Assembly: GCA_043228905.1 (NCBI GenBank)
Contig: JBHGNT010000007.1
Coordinates: 12,648,001 to 12,712,000 of the forward strand
Source of the DNA: Azolla caroliniana
Taxonomy: Eukaryota; Plantae; Polypodiophyta
DNA length: 64,000 bases
Reading direction: 5' to 3'
Below are positions 62,161 through 64,000 of this stretch, piece by piece. The notes under the pieces are model-generated. The model saw nothing but the letters and a program-made list of their open reading frames with translations. It was not told the DNA's origin and made no database searches. The position numbers and the translations under genes were made by a program. Every line of letters starts with the position of its first letter. Position 1 is the stretch's first letter.

Positions 62161-62693
62161 CGGGATGGTGTTCGGTACAGGCGGTGCCTGAAACGAGGGG
62201 ACGGGTGCATAATGTATGTACTACACAGGGTCGGAGTCAAGGGATGACAAGACAGTCCGGAGGAGGATCCTCCACACCTGCTTCGTAGATCTCGGCCAGA
62301 CAATCAGAATAACGAAGACTGACACAACAAGCCCGGGATGACGAGCTGGTGGGGGCGAGGGGACGACGGCAAGCGGAAGACTCAGGACCTGTTGCAGCAG
62401 CGCAAGACGGAAAGGCTCAAGCGGGCCACTACGAGCGTTCCTCGAGCGGAGGACATCGGGCATACGGATAAGAGCAGAGCATGAATACGGCCGAACAAGG
62501 GCCAACGGAAGTACGCATACTATGGAGATCGCGGCGAAGGACCCATCAATGGGTCAAACGAGCCTACGGGGAGGTAAGCATGAAGGAAGAACCGAAGCCG
62601 ACGGTTAAAACCGGCAGCAAGCCGGGATGCGGATTACAGAAGACTGTTTCCTCACCGGCCGAAATCTCTCATCCTTCACCGGATTTGGCACGT

Positions 62694-63243
62694 TGTCGTG
62701 AAGAATTTCGGCTAGAGGCGGAAACCGGGAAACATTGGCTACCTCGGCGGGGTGCAGCGTGTGTACGCACCCATGTATATTTAGTGTGAATAACGAGGGG
62801 CCTTTATGGCGCCGAAGAGTAGTCAAGTCGGGACAGACGATCCCATGTAAGTCGGGATTTGTCCCACATTGTAACGCATCCCTTTCCTTGTTCTATAAAA
62901 GGAAGGGAACGCCCTTTGTAAAAGGGTTGCCCATTTTGCATTAGAGGGTATACCTTTAGGTTTAGAGTTAGTTTCTTCTTCTTCTTCTTCTCCTTCGTGT
63001 TCGCTTAGGGTTTGCTTCAGCTCGTCTCCTGCGCAAGACCCCTCTCGGCGCGACGAGCCCGTGAGCTCCCCGACGGCGGCTTGGCAGCTGACGACTACTG
63101 TAACCTGCCTTGGAACGGCTCGAAGCCGGGAATGTATTCTTTTTACATACATATATACGTCTGCGTCTGTCTGTGTATATTCGCGTCTTCGTTGGTGTCG
63201 GGTGCTTCCCCTTTCTTGTACTTAAGGGTGTGATTCGGGTTGG

Positions 63244-63287
<44 letters not shown>

Positions 63288-63310
63288 AGTGTGCGTGAGT
63301 CGGTGTTAAG

Positions 63311-63364
<54 letters not shown>

Positions 63365-63493
63365 TTGGTTGCTTCCAGTGTGCTTCTGGGATGCCCTGGA
63401 AACGGTGAAGCACGACTTCCTACGCTCCATCACTCCCTAGTCCAAGACCCCGTGGTCCCGCCTTTCTCCACGCACGCGCGTAACAATGCGACA
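62694..63493 (+). repeat. Solo LTR of an F-related family containing (GT)n ~63246-63282 and (CT)n ~63315-63360
   Basis: TGTCG...CGACA; perfect 4-bp TSD ACGT; empty site visible at 57801. Confidence 0.93.
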
Positions 63494-64000
63494 ACGTACC
63501 GGTGGACGTGCGGTTAGGTGGGGGCGGATGTCGTGGAGAATTTCGGCCAGAGACGGAAACCGGGAAATATTGGCTAAATCGGCGGGGTGCACCGTGTGCA
63601 CCCACCCTCGTGTAATTGTGTGAATAGTAGGAGTTAAGTCGGGACGAAGAATCCCATGTAAATCAGGATTTATCCCACATTGTAACGTATCCCTCTCCTT
63701 ATTCTATAAAAGGAAGGGATGGTCCCTTGTAGAGGGGTTGCCCATTTTGTATTAGCAGGGTATACCGTTAGACGAAGAGACGTTCTCTCTTCCTCTTTCT
63801 CTCTTTCCTTTCTTGCTCTCCTCTACTTCTTCTTCGTTGTTCTGCGCATCGAGCACTGGCGTCCAGCGTTTCGGTTTTCTGTCTTGTACTCTATGCAAGC
63901 CCCGCTCGGCACGACAAGCTCGAGAGCTCCCCGACCGGCGGCTTGGCAGTAGACAACAGTTATATCCTACGCGACCTAGGCCCGGCTCGAAGTCGACGTT

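Larger units (their letters stand above)
57274..64000 (+). mobile_element. Non-autonomous Trp-primed gypsy derivative F in tandem (LTR stub 57274-~57319, LTR 57836-58622, PBS 58627-58643, LTR from 63529)
   Basis: PPT AGGTGGGGGCGGA before both full LTRs; 57330-57835 duplicates 62165-62690 + 63498-63528; gag-like sequence only, no pol. Confidence 0.85.

Noticed and set aside
60059-62690. Many Arg/Gly-rich ORFs in the F internal region
   Set aside because: GC-rich repetitive sequence with no domain motifs or consistent frame

Overview
Eukaryotic, non-seed land-plant-like (bryophyte/lycophyte-type element families) heterochromatic window made almost entirely of nested LTR retrotransposons. About 12 Ty1/copia and Ty3/gypsy elements, 4 solo LTRs and a LINE fragment could be resolved by eye from LTR pairs, PBS/PPT sites and target-site duplications (TSDs). 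No intact host gene is present. The only host-derived sequence is a truncated, intronless RPL6 (eL6) copy carried inside a 2.8-kb non-autonomous LTR element. Two elements are very young: gypsy element K (50214-57228, intact 1906-aa gag-pol, LTRs differ at 2/370 nt) and the Tcn1-like chromovirus J (39978-45629, LTRs differ at 1/425 nt). The main observation is that K and three other elements with unrelated LTRs have no polypurine tract. In its place, exactly 2 nt before the 3' LTR, is a conserved copy of the 3' half of a tRNA-Arg (GTGGG-TTCGA-[inserted hairpin]-CCCAC-RGGCGTG-CCA). This suggests plus-strand priming by a second tRNA or by a cis tRNA mimic. Other signals are an ACGT target preference with 4-bp TSDs in the tRNA-Trp-primed family, tRNA-derived Pol III-like cassettes in two LTR families, a conserved extra ORF, and telomeric filler at a deletion. 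All alignments were done by eye, and tRNA identities come from recalled plant tRNA sequences and need checking.
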